Of a DNA stretch of 64,000 bases, positions 53,068-61,912 are shown one piece after another. The position numbers were made by a program, and so were the translations under genes. The first letter of the stretch is position 1, and each line of letters opens with the position of its first letter. The notes under the pieces are model-generated. The model was not told the origin of the DNA and made no database searches. It saw nothing but the letters and a program-made list of their open reading frames with translations. Origin of the DNA: Actinomycetota bacterium (GTDB lineage: Bacteria > Actinomycetota > Acidimicrobiia > IMCC26256 > PALSA-555); NCBI GenBank assembly GCA_003140175.1, contig PLJD01000048.1, positions 4,275-68,274 of the forward strand. Reading direction: 5' to 3'.

Positions 53068-54254
53068 CGCGGCACCTCGGTCCAGGGTCGATCGAGATCG
53101 ACGCGGGGCTCGGGTGGCAGCCCGAGGACATGTTCGCCGACGATGTTGCGCTGGATCTCGTCGGTGCCCCCCCGGATCGACACCGACGGCGCGGTGAGGA
53201 ACAGCATCTGCCATTCCTCGGCGACCGGGTCCGACCCTGCCACGCCCGCGGGTCCGAGCACCCCGAGCGCGACGTCGACGCTGGTCTTGAAGGCGGCGCT
53301 GGCGCGCAGCTTGGCGCCGGAGCCCTCGGGCCCGGGGACCTGGCCCGCCTCGGCGCGCGCCCGGGCCCGACCCCGGGTCAGGCGCGCGACCTCGCTCGCC
53401 GTGTACATCGCCGCCACCCGCGACCGCAGCAGCGGATCGGCCTCACGGCCGCGGGCCTGGACCAGGGCCGCGAGTCGCGTCGCCGACACACCGGTGCCGG
53501 CGCTCACGGCTCCCAGCGCGCCCCGCTCGTTGGCCAGCCCGGTGCGGGCGACCGCCCAGCCGCTGCCGGGTTCCCCGATCCGGTCATGGTCGGCGACGAG
53601 CACGTCGTCGAGGAACACCTCACTGAAGTGCGCGTCGCCGTTCATCTGGCGGAGCGGCCGCACGTCGACGCCCGGGGCGCGCATGTCGAGGCAGAAGGCA
53701 GTGATCCCGGCGTGCTTGGGGACGTCGGGATCACTCCGGGCGAGCAGGAAGCCGCGGTGCGCGTAGGCCCCCCGGCTCGTCCACACCTTCTGCCCGTTCA
53801 CGCGCCAGGTGTCGCCGTCACGCTCGGCTCGTGCCCCCACGTTGGCCAGGTCGGATCCGGCCCCGGGCTCGGAGAACAGCTGGCACCAGATCTCGGCGCC
53901 ACACGCGATCACGGGCAGCCACCGGCCGCGCTGCTCGGGGCTCGCCACCGCGAGCAGGGTCGGGCCCACGACGTGGAGCCCGACGAGATACGGGTACAGG
54001 TCCGGGACCTCGAAGCCGGCGAGCTCCTCGGCGATAACGCCGGCCTCCGCGGGCGTGGCGTCGCGGCCCCCCACGGCGCGGGGCCAGGTCGGGACCGCCC
54101 ATCCGTCCGGGGTGAGCGCCTCGAGGTACTCCCGCCCCGGGGCGAGGTCGTCAGCGCCGGCACCGAGGACGGTGGCGGGTCGGTCGAGTCGGCGGGGCGC
54201 GAGGAGTCCCGCGAACGCGGCGCGCGCCTCGGCCCGGAGCGCCTCGGTGTCCAT
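53064..54254 (-). CDS. Acyl-CoA dehydrogenase
   Basis: 396 aa. FSEPGAGSDL, GQKVWTS and a C-terminal IRGGTDEIQRNIVGE motif. Confidence 0.85.
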   Translation of the reverse strand: MDTEALRAEARAAFAGLLAPRRLDRPATVLGAGADDLAPGREYLEALTPDGWAVPTWPRAVGGRDATPAEAGVIAEELAGFEVPDLYPYLVGLHVVGPTLLAVASPEQRGRWLPVIACGAEIWCQLFSEPGAGSDLANVGARAERDGDTWRVNGQKVWTSRGAYAHRGFLLARSDPDVPKHAGITAFCLDMRAPGVDVRPLRQMNGDAHFSEVFLDDVLVADHDRIGEPGSGWAVARTGLANERGALGAVSAGTGVSATRLAALVQARGREADPLLRSRVAAMYTASEVARLTRGRARARAEAGQVPGPEGSGAKLRASAAFKTSVDVALGVLGPAGVAGSDPVAEEWQMLFLTAPSVSIRGGTDEIQRNIVGEHVLGLPPEPRVDLDRPWTEVPR

Positions 54255-54278
54255 CGGACAGATCCTACGAAGCGGCGC

Positions 54279-55034
54279 TCAGTGGGGACCGGCGGTCGAG
54301 CCGCCGTCGATGACGAACTGGCCGCCGGTGCTCATCGAGGCCTCGTCCGAGGCGAGGAAGCAGATGAGTGCCGCCACCTCCTCGGGCGTGCAGAGCCGCC
54401 CCATCGGGATGCGACTGCCCGCGGCGCCCGCCCCCGGCGGGGCGCTCGGGAAGGCTTCGGCGAGCATCGGGGTCCGGATGCCGGTGGGATGCACCGAGTT
54501 GACCCGCACGCCGTGCTGGGCAAGCTCGAGCGCCACCGCCTTGGTCATGCCGGTCAACGCGAACTTGCTTGCCACGTACGCGACCAGACCGGGGAAGCCT
54601 TCAAGGCCCTGAGTGGACGAGACGTTGACGATCGAGCCGCCCCCGGCCTCGATGAGCAGCGGCGCGGCGGCGCGCATCCCCAGGAACGGGCCCAGCTCGT
54701 TCACGCGCACGACCTCGAGGAACGTCTCGGGATCGGTGTCGAGCAGCGTGCCCAGACGCAGGATCCCGGCGTTGTTGACGAGGACGTCGAGGTGTCCTTC
54801 GCCCCCCCGAACGCCGTCCATCGCCGCCGCCCAACTCGTCTCGGCCGTCACGTCGAGGTGCTCGTACCGGGCGGCGCTCCCGAGCTCCGCGCCGAGCGCG
54901 CGGCCAAGTTCGTCGCGCACGTCGGCGATCACGACGCGGGCTCCCTCCGCGACGAATCGGCGCGCCGTCGCCTCCCCGACACCTCGGGCCGCGCCGGTGA
55001 CGAGCGCCACCTTGGCCTCGAGCGCGCCGCTCAT
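54279..55034 (-). CDS. SDR-family oxidoreductase
   Basis: 251 aa. VTGAARGVGEA, NNAG and YVASKFA (YxxxK). The ATG overlaps the ABC permease stop (ATGA). Confidence 0.88.
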   Translation of the reverse strand: MSGALEAKVALVTGAARGVGEATARRFVAEGARVVIADVRDELGRALGAELGSAARYEHLDVTAETSWAAAMDGVRGGEGHLDVLVNNAGILRLGTLLDTDPETFLEVVRVNELGPFLGMRAAAPLLIEAGGGSIVNVSSTQGLEGFPGLVAYVASKFALTGMTKAVALELAQHGVRVNSVHPTGIRTPMLAEAFPSAPPGAGAAGSRIPMGRLCTPEEVAALICFLASDEASMSTGGQFVIDGGSTAGPH

Positions 55035-57670
55035 TCGGCGTCGATCGCGTGGAGCACGTCGAGCCGGCCGGCGCGCCGGGCCGGTATCCAGCCCGCGAGG
55101 AGGCCGGCCAGCCCGGCGAGGATCAGGAACACCACCAGCTGGCCGACGGGCACGGTCAACGCGATGCCCTGGTCGTGCAGCGACTGCACGATCGCGCCCC
55201 CGAAGCCGATCCCGATCACCAGGCCGAGCAGGGAGCCGAACACCGCCACGATGACCGCCTCGTCCCGGATCATGCGGCGCAGCTGGACGCGGGTCATGCC
55301 GACGGCACGCAACAAGCCGATCTCGCGGGTCCGTTCGTGGATCGAGAGCGCCAGCGTGTTCACGATCCCGATGAGCGCGATGATCACCGCGAAGAGCAGC
55401 AGCACGTACATCAGGCCGAGCGTCTGGTTGAACTGAGCCAGCTCGCTCGCTTTGAACTGCGCCTTGTTCTCCGCCTTGATCCCACCGAAGCGCTGCGCGG
55501 CCCGATCCACGATCCGGGTCGCCTGCGCCGTCGAGACATCCGAGGGCTTGCGAATCACAACGAAAGCGTCGAGGGTCTGGGGGAATCGTTGCTCCCAGCC
55601 AGCGAGCGACACGGTGTAGTTGGTGCTGACGGGCAGCGCATTCCGGTTGGTGACGACCCCGGCCACGCGCAGAGGAACGGTCCCAGCCTGGGGGAACCGA
55701 ACGAGCAGCGTTGACCCGGGCTCACACACCGCGCGTTGGTCGAGTCCGCACTCGTGGGTTCCCGCGACACCCTCCCAGATCAGCACGCCTCCCCGCGCGA
55801 ACGCGGCGCGGTCGAAGTCACGGACCGGGACGTCGGCGACCTGCTGGAAGTCCGACGACAGGCCGAGCACGGCGTGCGGGACGCCGGTGACCTCGATCTC
55901 GCCGTTGCGGGTCTCGACGACGGTGGCCGGCTGCTTGCTCGCCGCGGCGAAGCCGTCCCGTACCGCCTGGGCGGCGCCGGGACTGAACGGCAGGAACTTC
56001 TGGGGAGACAGGATGAAGTCGGCGCGGGTCTGGTTGTCGATGGCGCTGGCGAACGAGGCCTTGGTGGAGGCGCCAAAGATCGCGATCAGGCTCACCAGAG
56101 CGAGCCCGATCATCAAAGCCGCTGCGGTGGACGCGGTGCGCCGCGGATTGCGGATCGCGTTCTGCTCCGCGAGCGTTCCGGTCACGCGGTGGAACTGGCG
56201 CGCGGGAGCGCTGAGGAGCGACACGACGGGCCGGGCGACGAGTGGGCTCACCATGGCGACGCCGATGAAGACGAGCCCGGCTGCGGCCCCGATCGTGACG
56301 GCAGCCTGGGACGCGGTCGCGTTGCCAAACAGGCCGTCGAACAGGGCGAGGATCCCCACTGCGCAGAACGCGGCGCCCCACCAGTAGCGGCGCCGGCCCG
56401 ACGACGCGGGGAGCGCCTGGTCTCGGATGGCCGCCACCGGCGAGACGCGCGAGGCCCGCCGGGCCGGTGCGAGCGACGAGACGAGCGTGACACCGGTCCC
56501 GACGAGCAGGGCCACGATGATCGTGCGGGCCTCGATCTGGACCGGACCGGTCGGGAGCGAGATCCCGAAGGCGCTGAGCAGCCCCCGCAGCGGGGTGACG
56601 AGCAGGATGCCGAGCGCGAGGCCCAGGATCGAGGAGAAGGCGCCGACCACGAACGCCTCCGCGGCGACCGAGGCCATCACCTGGCGTCCGGACGCGCCGA
56701 GCGCGCGCAGCAGCCCCAGCTCCTGGGTGCGTTGGGCGACCGTGATCGAGAAGGTGTTGTAGATGATGAAAGCGCCGACGAACAATGCGACGAGGGCGAA
56801 GATGAGTAGGAACGTGTTGAAGAACGACAGGTTGCTCTTGACGTTGCCGCTTTGCTCCGTGGCCAGCTGCGCACCCGTGATCGACTCGTAACGGGTCTGC
56901 ACCCCGGCCTGGTGGAGCGCGGCGGCGAGCCGGTCCCGCACCTGGATCTCGGAGACGCCCGGCGCGGCGCGCACGTCGACCTCGTCCCAGCTCGGCGGCT
57001 GACCCGGGTTGGCGAGCTCCTGCTCGGCGGTCGCGGGTGTGAACGCGGCGAGGGTTGCGCCGGCGAGCCCCTCGTCGCTCCCACCGAAGCGGAAGACGCC
57101 CGTCAACCGGAACGTGCGTGGCGGCGCGCTCGCGAAGGACACGTGCACCTGGTCGCCGATCCGGTACCCGCCGTTCTCGGCCGACTTGACGTCGAGAGCC
57201 ACGTCGTTGGGACCCGCGGGCTGCGTCGAACGGGCCCCCCGCCAGCTCGGCACAAGATCGAGAGCCTCGTTCACCCGACCACGGGGCGGGTACCAGGCAG
57301 CCCCGAAGGCCGGCGCCTGGTTCTGAATGGATTTGCCGCCACGCCCTTCGACGAGGGCGTAGCGCAACAGGTTGCCCTGCGCCGCCACGACACCCGGCGT
57401 GGAGCGCGCCAAACCGACCAGCGACCCGGGCGTCGGCGGGCGCGTCGTGTCGGCGGTGCCCGGCCCCGATGCCGAGAAGGGCTCTCGGGCCCGCACCACC
57501 GCGTCGACGCCTCTCGTGGCGGTCACGAACAAGCTGTCGAACACGTTCCCGAGCGTGTCGGTGAGCACGAAGGTCCCGGACACGAACGCGACTCCGAGAA
57601 CGACAGCGAGCGACGTGAGGAGCAGCCGGAACTTCTTGGCGCGCAGAGTCTGGAGGGTGACGCGGCCCAT
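55031..57670 (-). CDS. ABC transporter permease with two FtsX/MacB-type domains
   Basis: 879 aa. N-terminal TM plus a large extracytoplasmic domain, with two repeats of the FtsX 4-TM module (each ending ...RRAGRLD / ...ARRASRVSP type loops). Confidence 0.85.
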   Translation of the reverse strand: MGRVTLQTLRAKKFRLLLTSLAVVLGVAFVSGTFVLTDTLGNVFDSLFVTATRGVDAVVRAREPFSASGPGTADTTRPPTPGSLVGLARSTPGVVAAQGNLLRYALVEGRGGKSIQNQAPAFGAAWYPPRGRVNEALDLVPSWRGARSTQPAGPNDVALDVKSAENGGYRIGDQVHVSFASAPPRTFRLTGVFRFGGSDEGLAGATLAAFTPATAEQELANPGQPPSWDEVDVRAAPGVSEIQVRDRLAAALHQAGVQTRYESITGAQLATEQSGNVKSNLSFFNTFLLIFALVALFVGAFIIYNTFSITVAQRTQELGLLRALGASGRQVMASVAAEAFVVGAFSSILGLALGILLVTPLRGLLSAFGISLPTGPVQIEARTIIVALLVGTGVTLVSSLAPARRASRVSPVAAIRDQALPASSGRRRYWWGAAFCAVGILALFDGLFGNATASQAAVTIGAAAGLVFIGVAMVSPLVARPVVSLLSAPARQFHRVTGTLAEQNAIRNPRRTASTAAALMIGLALVSLIAIFGASTKASFASAIDNQTRADFILSPQKFLPFSPGAAQAVRDGFAAASKQPATVVETRNGEIEVTGVPHAVLGLSSDFQQVADVPVRDFDRAAFARGGVLIWEGVAGTHECGLDQRAVCEPGSTLLVRFPQAGTVPLRVAGVVTNRNALPVSTNYTVSLAGWEQRFPQTLDAFVVIRKPSDVSTAQATRIVDRAAQRFGGIKAENKAQFKASELAQFNQTLGLMYVLLLFAVIIALIGIVNTLALSIHERTREIGLLRAVGMTRVQLRRMIRDEAVIVAVFGSLLGLVIGIGFGGAIVQSLHDQGIALTVPVGQLVVFLILAGLAGLLAGWIPARRAGRLDVLHAIDAE

Positions 57671-57682
57671 GGCGGCGTTCCG

Positions 57683-58435
57683 TCAGCCGCCGAGGCGCTT
57701 CATACGGTCCAGCACCGTGTCGGCAGTTGGTGCGGCGAGCTCATCCACGATCGCGCCGTCGGTGAGGAAGACGACCCGGTCGGCGTACCCCGCCGCGTTC
57801 GGGTCGTGCGTCACCATCACGATCGTCTGACCGAGATCGTCGACGGCTTGACGCATGAAGGTGAGAATCTCCGAGCCGGCGCGCGAATCGAGGTTGCCCG
57901 TCGGTTCGTCAGCGAAGATGACATCGGGGCGGCTCGCCAGGGCGCGACCGACCGCCACGCGCTGCTGCTGACCCCCGGAGAGCTCAGCAGGACGATGGGT
58001 AAGCCGGTCTCGAAGCCCCACAATGTCGATCACCTGGTCGAGCCATGCCGGGTCAGGTTTTCGGCCCGCGAGCGCCATCGGCAAGGTGATGTTCTCCAGC
58101 GCGGTCAGTGTCGGGATGAGGTTGTACGACTGGAAGACGAACCCGATGCTGTCGCGGCGAATGAGCGTGAGCTGCTTCTCCGACGCGGCGCTGATCTCAA
58201 CGTCGCCAAGGAAGATCCGCCCCGAGCTGACCCGGTCGAGACCGGCGAGACAGTGCAGCAAGGTCGACTTGCCCGAACCTGACGGGCCCATGATCGCCGT
58301 GTAGCGACGCCGGTCGAAGGTGACAGTGATCCCGTTCAGCGCCCGCACGACCGCCTCGCCCGTCCCGTAGACCTTGGAGGCGTCGACGGCGCGAGCCGCG
58401 ACGCCGGTGCGGGTTGAGGGATCCGTCGTCGTCAC
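57683..58435 (-). CDS. ABC transporter ATP-binding protein (MacB/LolD type)
   Basis: 250 aa. GPSGSGKST, LSGGQQQRVAVGRAL and FADEPTGNLD. Confidence 0.92.
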   Translation of the reverse strand: MTTTDPSTRTGVAARAVDASKVYGTGEAVVRALNGITVTFDRRRYTAIMGPSGSGKSTLLHCLAGLDRVSSGRIFLGDVEISAASEKQLTLIRRDSIGFVFQSYNLIPTLTALENITLPMALAGRKPDPAWLDQVIDIVGLRDRLTHRPAELSGGQQQRVAVGRALASRPDVIFADEPTGNLDSRAGSEILTFMRQAVDDLGQTIVMVTHDPNAAGYADRVVFLTDGAIVDELAAPTADTVLDRMKRLGG

Positions 58436-58526
58436 CGGGCGCTCCTGGGGGTCCAGCTACGGTACGCGAAACCCACCCAGCCGAGCGTGCAGTGTGACTG
58501 GAGTCACCGTCGAGCGCCCCGCCGGC

Positions 58527-59450
58527 TCACGTGTCGCCCGCGTCGGGCACCTCGGTCTCGGCTCCCGGCAACCGGGCGGGAACCGAGTCCGAGCGCGAGG
58601 GCTCGTGACGATCCCCGTCGTACTTCGGGTAGCGCAGCGGGTCGACCTCGCCGTGGCGTTTCAGCCACACGAACCAGGCCAGGCTCGCGATGAAGGCGAA
58701 CATCGCCACCCACGCGTTGACCCGCAGCCCGAGGATGTGATGCGCCGGGTCGATGCGCAGGTTCTCGAACCAGAACCGACCGAACGTGTACATCGACAGG
58801 TACAGCGCGAAGGACTGGCCGCGGCGCAGCGCGACGCGGCGCTCCACCCACACCAGCAGCCCGAGGACAGCCAGGCAGTACAACGACTCGTACAAGAACG
58901 TCGGCTGGAACGTCGCGAACTGCTGGTAACCGTTCGGGCGGTGCGCGAGGGCGATCTCGAGCCCCCAGGGCAGGCGCGTCGGCTTCCCAAACAGCTCCTG
59001 GTTGAAGTAGTTACCCCACCGGCCGATTCCCTGGGCGACCAGCAAGCCAGCTGCGATGGCGTCCATGATCCCGAGCGTGTCGAGGTGCCGCCGGCGGGTC
59101 ATGACGATCACGCCTGCGGCGCCCCCGAGAATGACACCCCAGATGGAGAGCCCGCCCTTCCAGATCTCCAAGACCTGGATCCAATGGCCGTAGTAGAGCT
59201 GGTAGTCGGTCGCGACGTGATAGGCGCGCGCTCCGACGACGCCGCAGATCACGACCACGACCAGGATGTCGCCGATCTCGCGGGCGTTGTGACCCCACGC
59301 CTTCCAGCGGTGCTCGGCCATCATCGCGGCGACGACGACGCCGACGGCGAGCAGCAGGCCGTACATGTGGAGGGGGATCGGACCGAGGTTGATCGTCCCG
59401 TTCGACGGGCTCGGGATGAACGCTGGCGTCGGGATCGACAGACCTGACAT
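58527..59450 (-). CDS. lgt: Prolipoprotein diacylglyceryl transferase
   Basis: 307 aa. IHMYGLLLAVG, GGLSIWGVILGG and GRWGNYFNQELFGKPT motifs. Confidence 0.9.
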   Translation of the reverse strand: MSGLSIPTPAFIPSPSNGTINLGPIPLHMYGLLLAVGVVVAAMMAEHRWKAWGHNAREIGDILVVVVICGVVGARAYHVATDYQLYYGHWIQVLEIWKGGLSIWGVILGGAAGVIVMTRRRHLDTLGIMDAIAAGLLVAQGIGRWGNYFNQELFGKPTRLPWGLEIALAHRPNGYQQFATFQPTFLYESLYCLAVLGLLVWVERRVALRRGQSFALYLSMYTFGRFWFENLRIDPAHHILGLRVNAWVAMFAFIASLAWFVWLKRHGEVDPLRYPKYDGDRHEPSRSDSVPARLPGAETEVPDAGDT

Positions 59451-59506
59451 CGCCGACGATGGTAGGGCCGGCTCAGGAAACCGGGGGGTCTGGTCGATAC
59501 TCCGCG

Positions 59507-60475
59507 ATGCGCACCCCCCCGATTCGGCGGACCTCGGTCATCCTCGCCGTCGGTCTCGTCGCCGCCGCGTGCGCCCCGGTGTCCGCGCCGGTGTCCGCGC
59601 CGCCCTCGGCTCCGGCCTCGTCGAACGGTGACCAGAACGGGTCGCTCGCCAGTTGTCCGGTGTTCCCGGGCGACAACGCGTGGAACACCGACGTCTCGAG
59701 CGTTCCCGTGCGGTCGGACTCCGACGCCATCATCAACCAGGTCCTCGCCGACGGACCCGGCTTCTTGCACGCCGACTTCGGCGGCGGGGGCACCTACGGA
59801 ATCCCGTACGTGACCGTGCCCGGCACGCAGGCGAAGGTGCCGATCAACTTCACCTCGTACCCCGGCGAGAGCGACCCCGGCCCGTACCCAGTCCCGCTGG
59901 GCGCCCCGATCGAGAACGGCAGCGACCGGCACGTCATCGCCATCGACCGCGACAACTGCCAGCTCTACGAGCTCTACGACGCGACCCCCGACGGCGACCA
60001 TTGGGACGCCGGCTCCGGTGCGACCTGGAACCTGCGTTCCGACGCGCTGCGGCCCGCGGGATGGACGTCCGCCGATGCGGCCGGCCTGCCGATCTTCCCC
60101 GGTCTCGCCCGCTACGACGAAGTGGCCAGCGGCGCTATTCACCACGCGCTGCGCTTCACCGTGAACCGCACCCAGGCCGGCTACGTCTCACCCGCCCGCC
60201 ACTTCGCGTCGTCGGACACCAACCCCGACGAGCCGGCGATGGGGATGCGGTTCCGCCTCAAGGCCAGCTTCGACCTGTCGCCCTACCACGGCGAAGCGCT
60301 CGTCATCCTCCAAGCGTTGAAGACGTACGGGATGATCGTCGCCGACAACGGCACGAACTTCTACATCTCTGGCGCGGCGGACTCGCGCTGGGACGACGCC
60401 GACCTCAACCAGCTCAAGTCCGTGCCGGGCTCGGCGTTCGAGGTCCTCAACACGGGCCCAGTCACAACCGGCTGA
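59507..60475 (+). CDS. Conserved hypothetical lipoprotein
   Basis: ATG 59507 gives MRTPPIRRTSVILAVGLVAAAC, a lipobox-like sequence. Ser/Pro linker, then a roughly 280-aa domain (CPVFPGDNAWNTDVS...YGMIVADNGTNFYISG). Family not recognised. Confidence 0.65.
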   Translation: MRTPPIRRTSVILAVGLVAAACAPVSAPVSAPPSAPASSNGDQNGSLASCPVFPGDNAWNTDVSSVPVRSDSDAIINQVLADGPGFLHADFGGGGTYGIPYVTVPGTQAKVPINFTSYPGESDPGPYPVPLGAPIENGSDRHVIAIDRDNCQLYELYDATPDGDHWDAGSGATWNLRSDALRPAGWTSADAAGLPIFPGLARYDEVASGAIHHALRFTVNRTQAGYVSPARHFASSDTNPDEPAMGMRFRLKASFDLSPYHGEALVILQALKTYGMIVADNGTNFYISGAADSRWDDADLNQLKSVPGSAFEVLNTGPVTTG

Positions 60476-60495
60476 GCGCCTGGCATCCTGGTCGG

Positions 60496-61002
60496 GTGCG
60501 CGGCGCCTCGCGCCCCGAGCCCGATCCCACCACGACTGGACAGGAGTCGGTGTGGGATTACCCGCGCCCACCCCGGCTCGAGACCACCCCGGCGCGGCTC
60601 CGAGTCGTGCTCGGTGGTGAGGTGGTCGCGGAGACGACGGAGGGGCTGCGCGTCCTCGAGACCAGCCATCCGCCCAACTACTACTTCCCACCTCCCGACG
60701 TCGTCGCGGGCGTGCTCGAACGCAGCGCCCACCGTTCGTGGTGCGAGTTCAAAGGCGCCGCCCACTACTACAGGGTCCCGAGGGGGCGAACTCCTCGCGC
60801 CCGCCGCGGCGTGGGGCTATGACGAACCGCAAGCCGACTATCGGGCGATGGCCGGCTACGTCGCGTTCTATCCCGGCCGGATGGACGCCTGCTTCGTCGA
60901 CGACGAGGCGGTGCTGCCCAGCCGGGCGGCTTCTACGGAGGCTGGATCACCCGTGCCGTGCTCGGCCCGTTCAAGGGGGAGCCCGGCACGCGGGGCTGGT
61001 GA
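60496..61002 (+). pseudogene. DUF427 family gene interrupted by two opposite single-base frameshifts
   Basis: Frame 1 gives ESVWDYPRPP...ETSHPPNYYFPP...WCEFKGAAHYY. Frame 2 gives GELLAPAAAWGYDEP...GYVAFYPGRMDACFVDDEAVLP. Frame 1 resumes with QPGGFYGGWITRAVLGPFKGEPGTRGW*. The shifts fall at G5 run 60782-60786 and C3 run 60917-60919. Confidence 0.7.
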
Positions 61003-61026
61003 GCGGACCGCCACCGGGCGCGGGCG

Positions 61027-61872
61027 CTATTTGACGAGGCGCGACAGGCGACGATCGGCGAGGACCCGGTCGGCGGTCTGGCAGCGCGGGCAGTAGCTCA
61101 CCTCGTACGCGTCGTAGGAGACGCGCCGCAGGGTGTCGCCACATCGGGGACAGGGCGTGCCGGTCCGGCCGTGGACCTCGAAATGCCCGCCGAGCTTCGG
61201 CTCTGACAGGCCCCCCGTGCGCGTGCGTTCTCGTTCCAAGCCGTCAGCGAGCACGCAGCGCACCGCCGCGACGAGAGCCCGGCGCTGCTCGGCGTCGAGG
61301 GAGGCCAGCGTCGCGTACGGTGACAGCCGGGCTCGCCACAGCGCGTCGTCGGCGTAGCCGCGCCCGACGCCCGCCACCGTGGCCTGGTCGCGCAGCAGCG
61401 TGTGGATCCGGCGCCGGTCCGTGCCGTGGAGCACGAGGTCCTCGAATGCCGCCGCGTCGGGCTCGGGGCCGAGCCGGGCAAGCGGGCCGTCGTCACCGGG
61501 GGCGAGCACCCACCAGGCGGCCTTGCGTTCCGTGCCGTACTCGCGGACCAGCACCGCCGTGTCGGCGTCGCCGAACCGCAGCCGCACGACGCCGCGCTTC
61601 CCGCCCCGGGTGCGCTTCGGCGGCGCCTCGAGGTCCAACCGGCCCGCCTGCGAGAGATGCACCAGCACCCGTCGGCCCTCCTCGAACTCGAACACGAGGT
61701 ACTTGCCCCGTCGCGTCACCCGTTCCAGGCGCCGTCCCACGAGCGTGTCCGGGGCGGGTTCGACCGTCTTCAGTGCCGTGAACCCGAGCGGCTCCCAGCC
61801 CGTGAGCTCCCGGCCACGAAGAGCGTCGTCGAGACGCTCGGCGAGGGCCTGCATCTGGGGCAGTTCAGGCAT
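61027..61872 (-). CDS. Fpg/Nei-family DNA glycosylase / AP lyase
   Basis: N-terminal MPELPQ, H2TH region and C-terminal zinc finger CPRCGDTLRRVSYDAYEVSYCPRCQ. Confidence 0.88.
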   Translation of the reverse strand: MPELPQMQALAERLDDALRGRELTGWEPLGFTALKTVEPAPDTLVGRRLERVTRRGKYLVFEFEEGRRVLVHLSQAGRLDLEAPPKRTRGGKRGVVRLRFGDADTAVLVREYGTERKAAWWVLAPGDDGPLARLGPEPDAAAFEDLVLHGTDRRRIHTLLRDQATVAGVGRGYADDALWRARLSPYATLASLDAEQRRALVAAVRCVLADGLERERTRTGGLSEPKLGGHFEVHGRTGTPCPRCGDTLRRVSYDAYEVSYCPRCQTADRVLADRRLSRLVK

Positions 61873-61912
61873 CCGCCGAGTGTGGCGCGCCAGGGCGGGG
61901 CGCGAGACCCCC

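Noticed and set aside
59571-59596. Exact 12-nt tandem duplication CCGGTGTCCGCG x2.
   Set aside because: It lies inside the Ser/Pro linker of the lipoprotein ORF and encodes APVSAPVS. This is ordinary coding low-complexity slippage, not a CRISPR or regulatory repeat.
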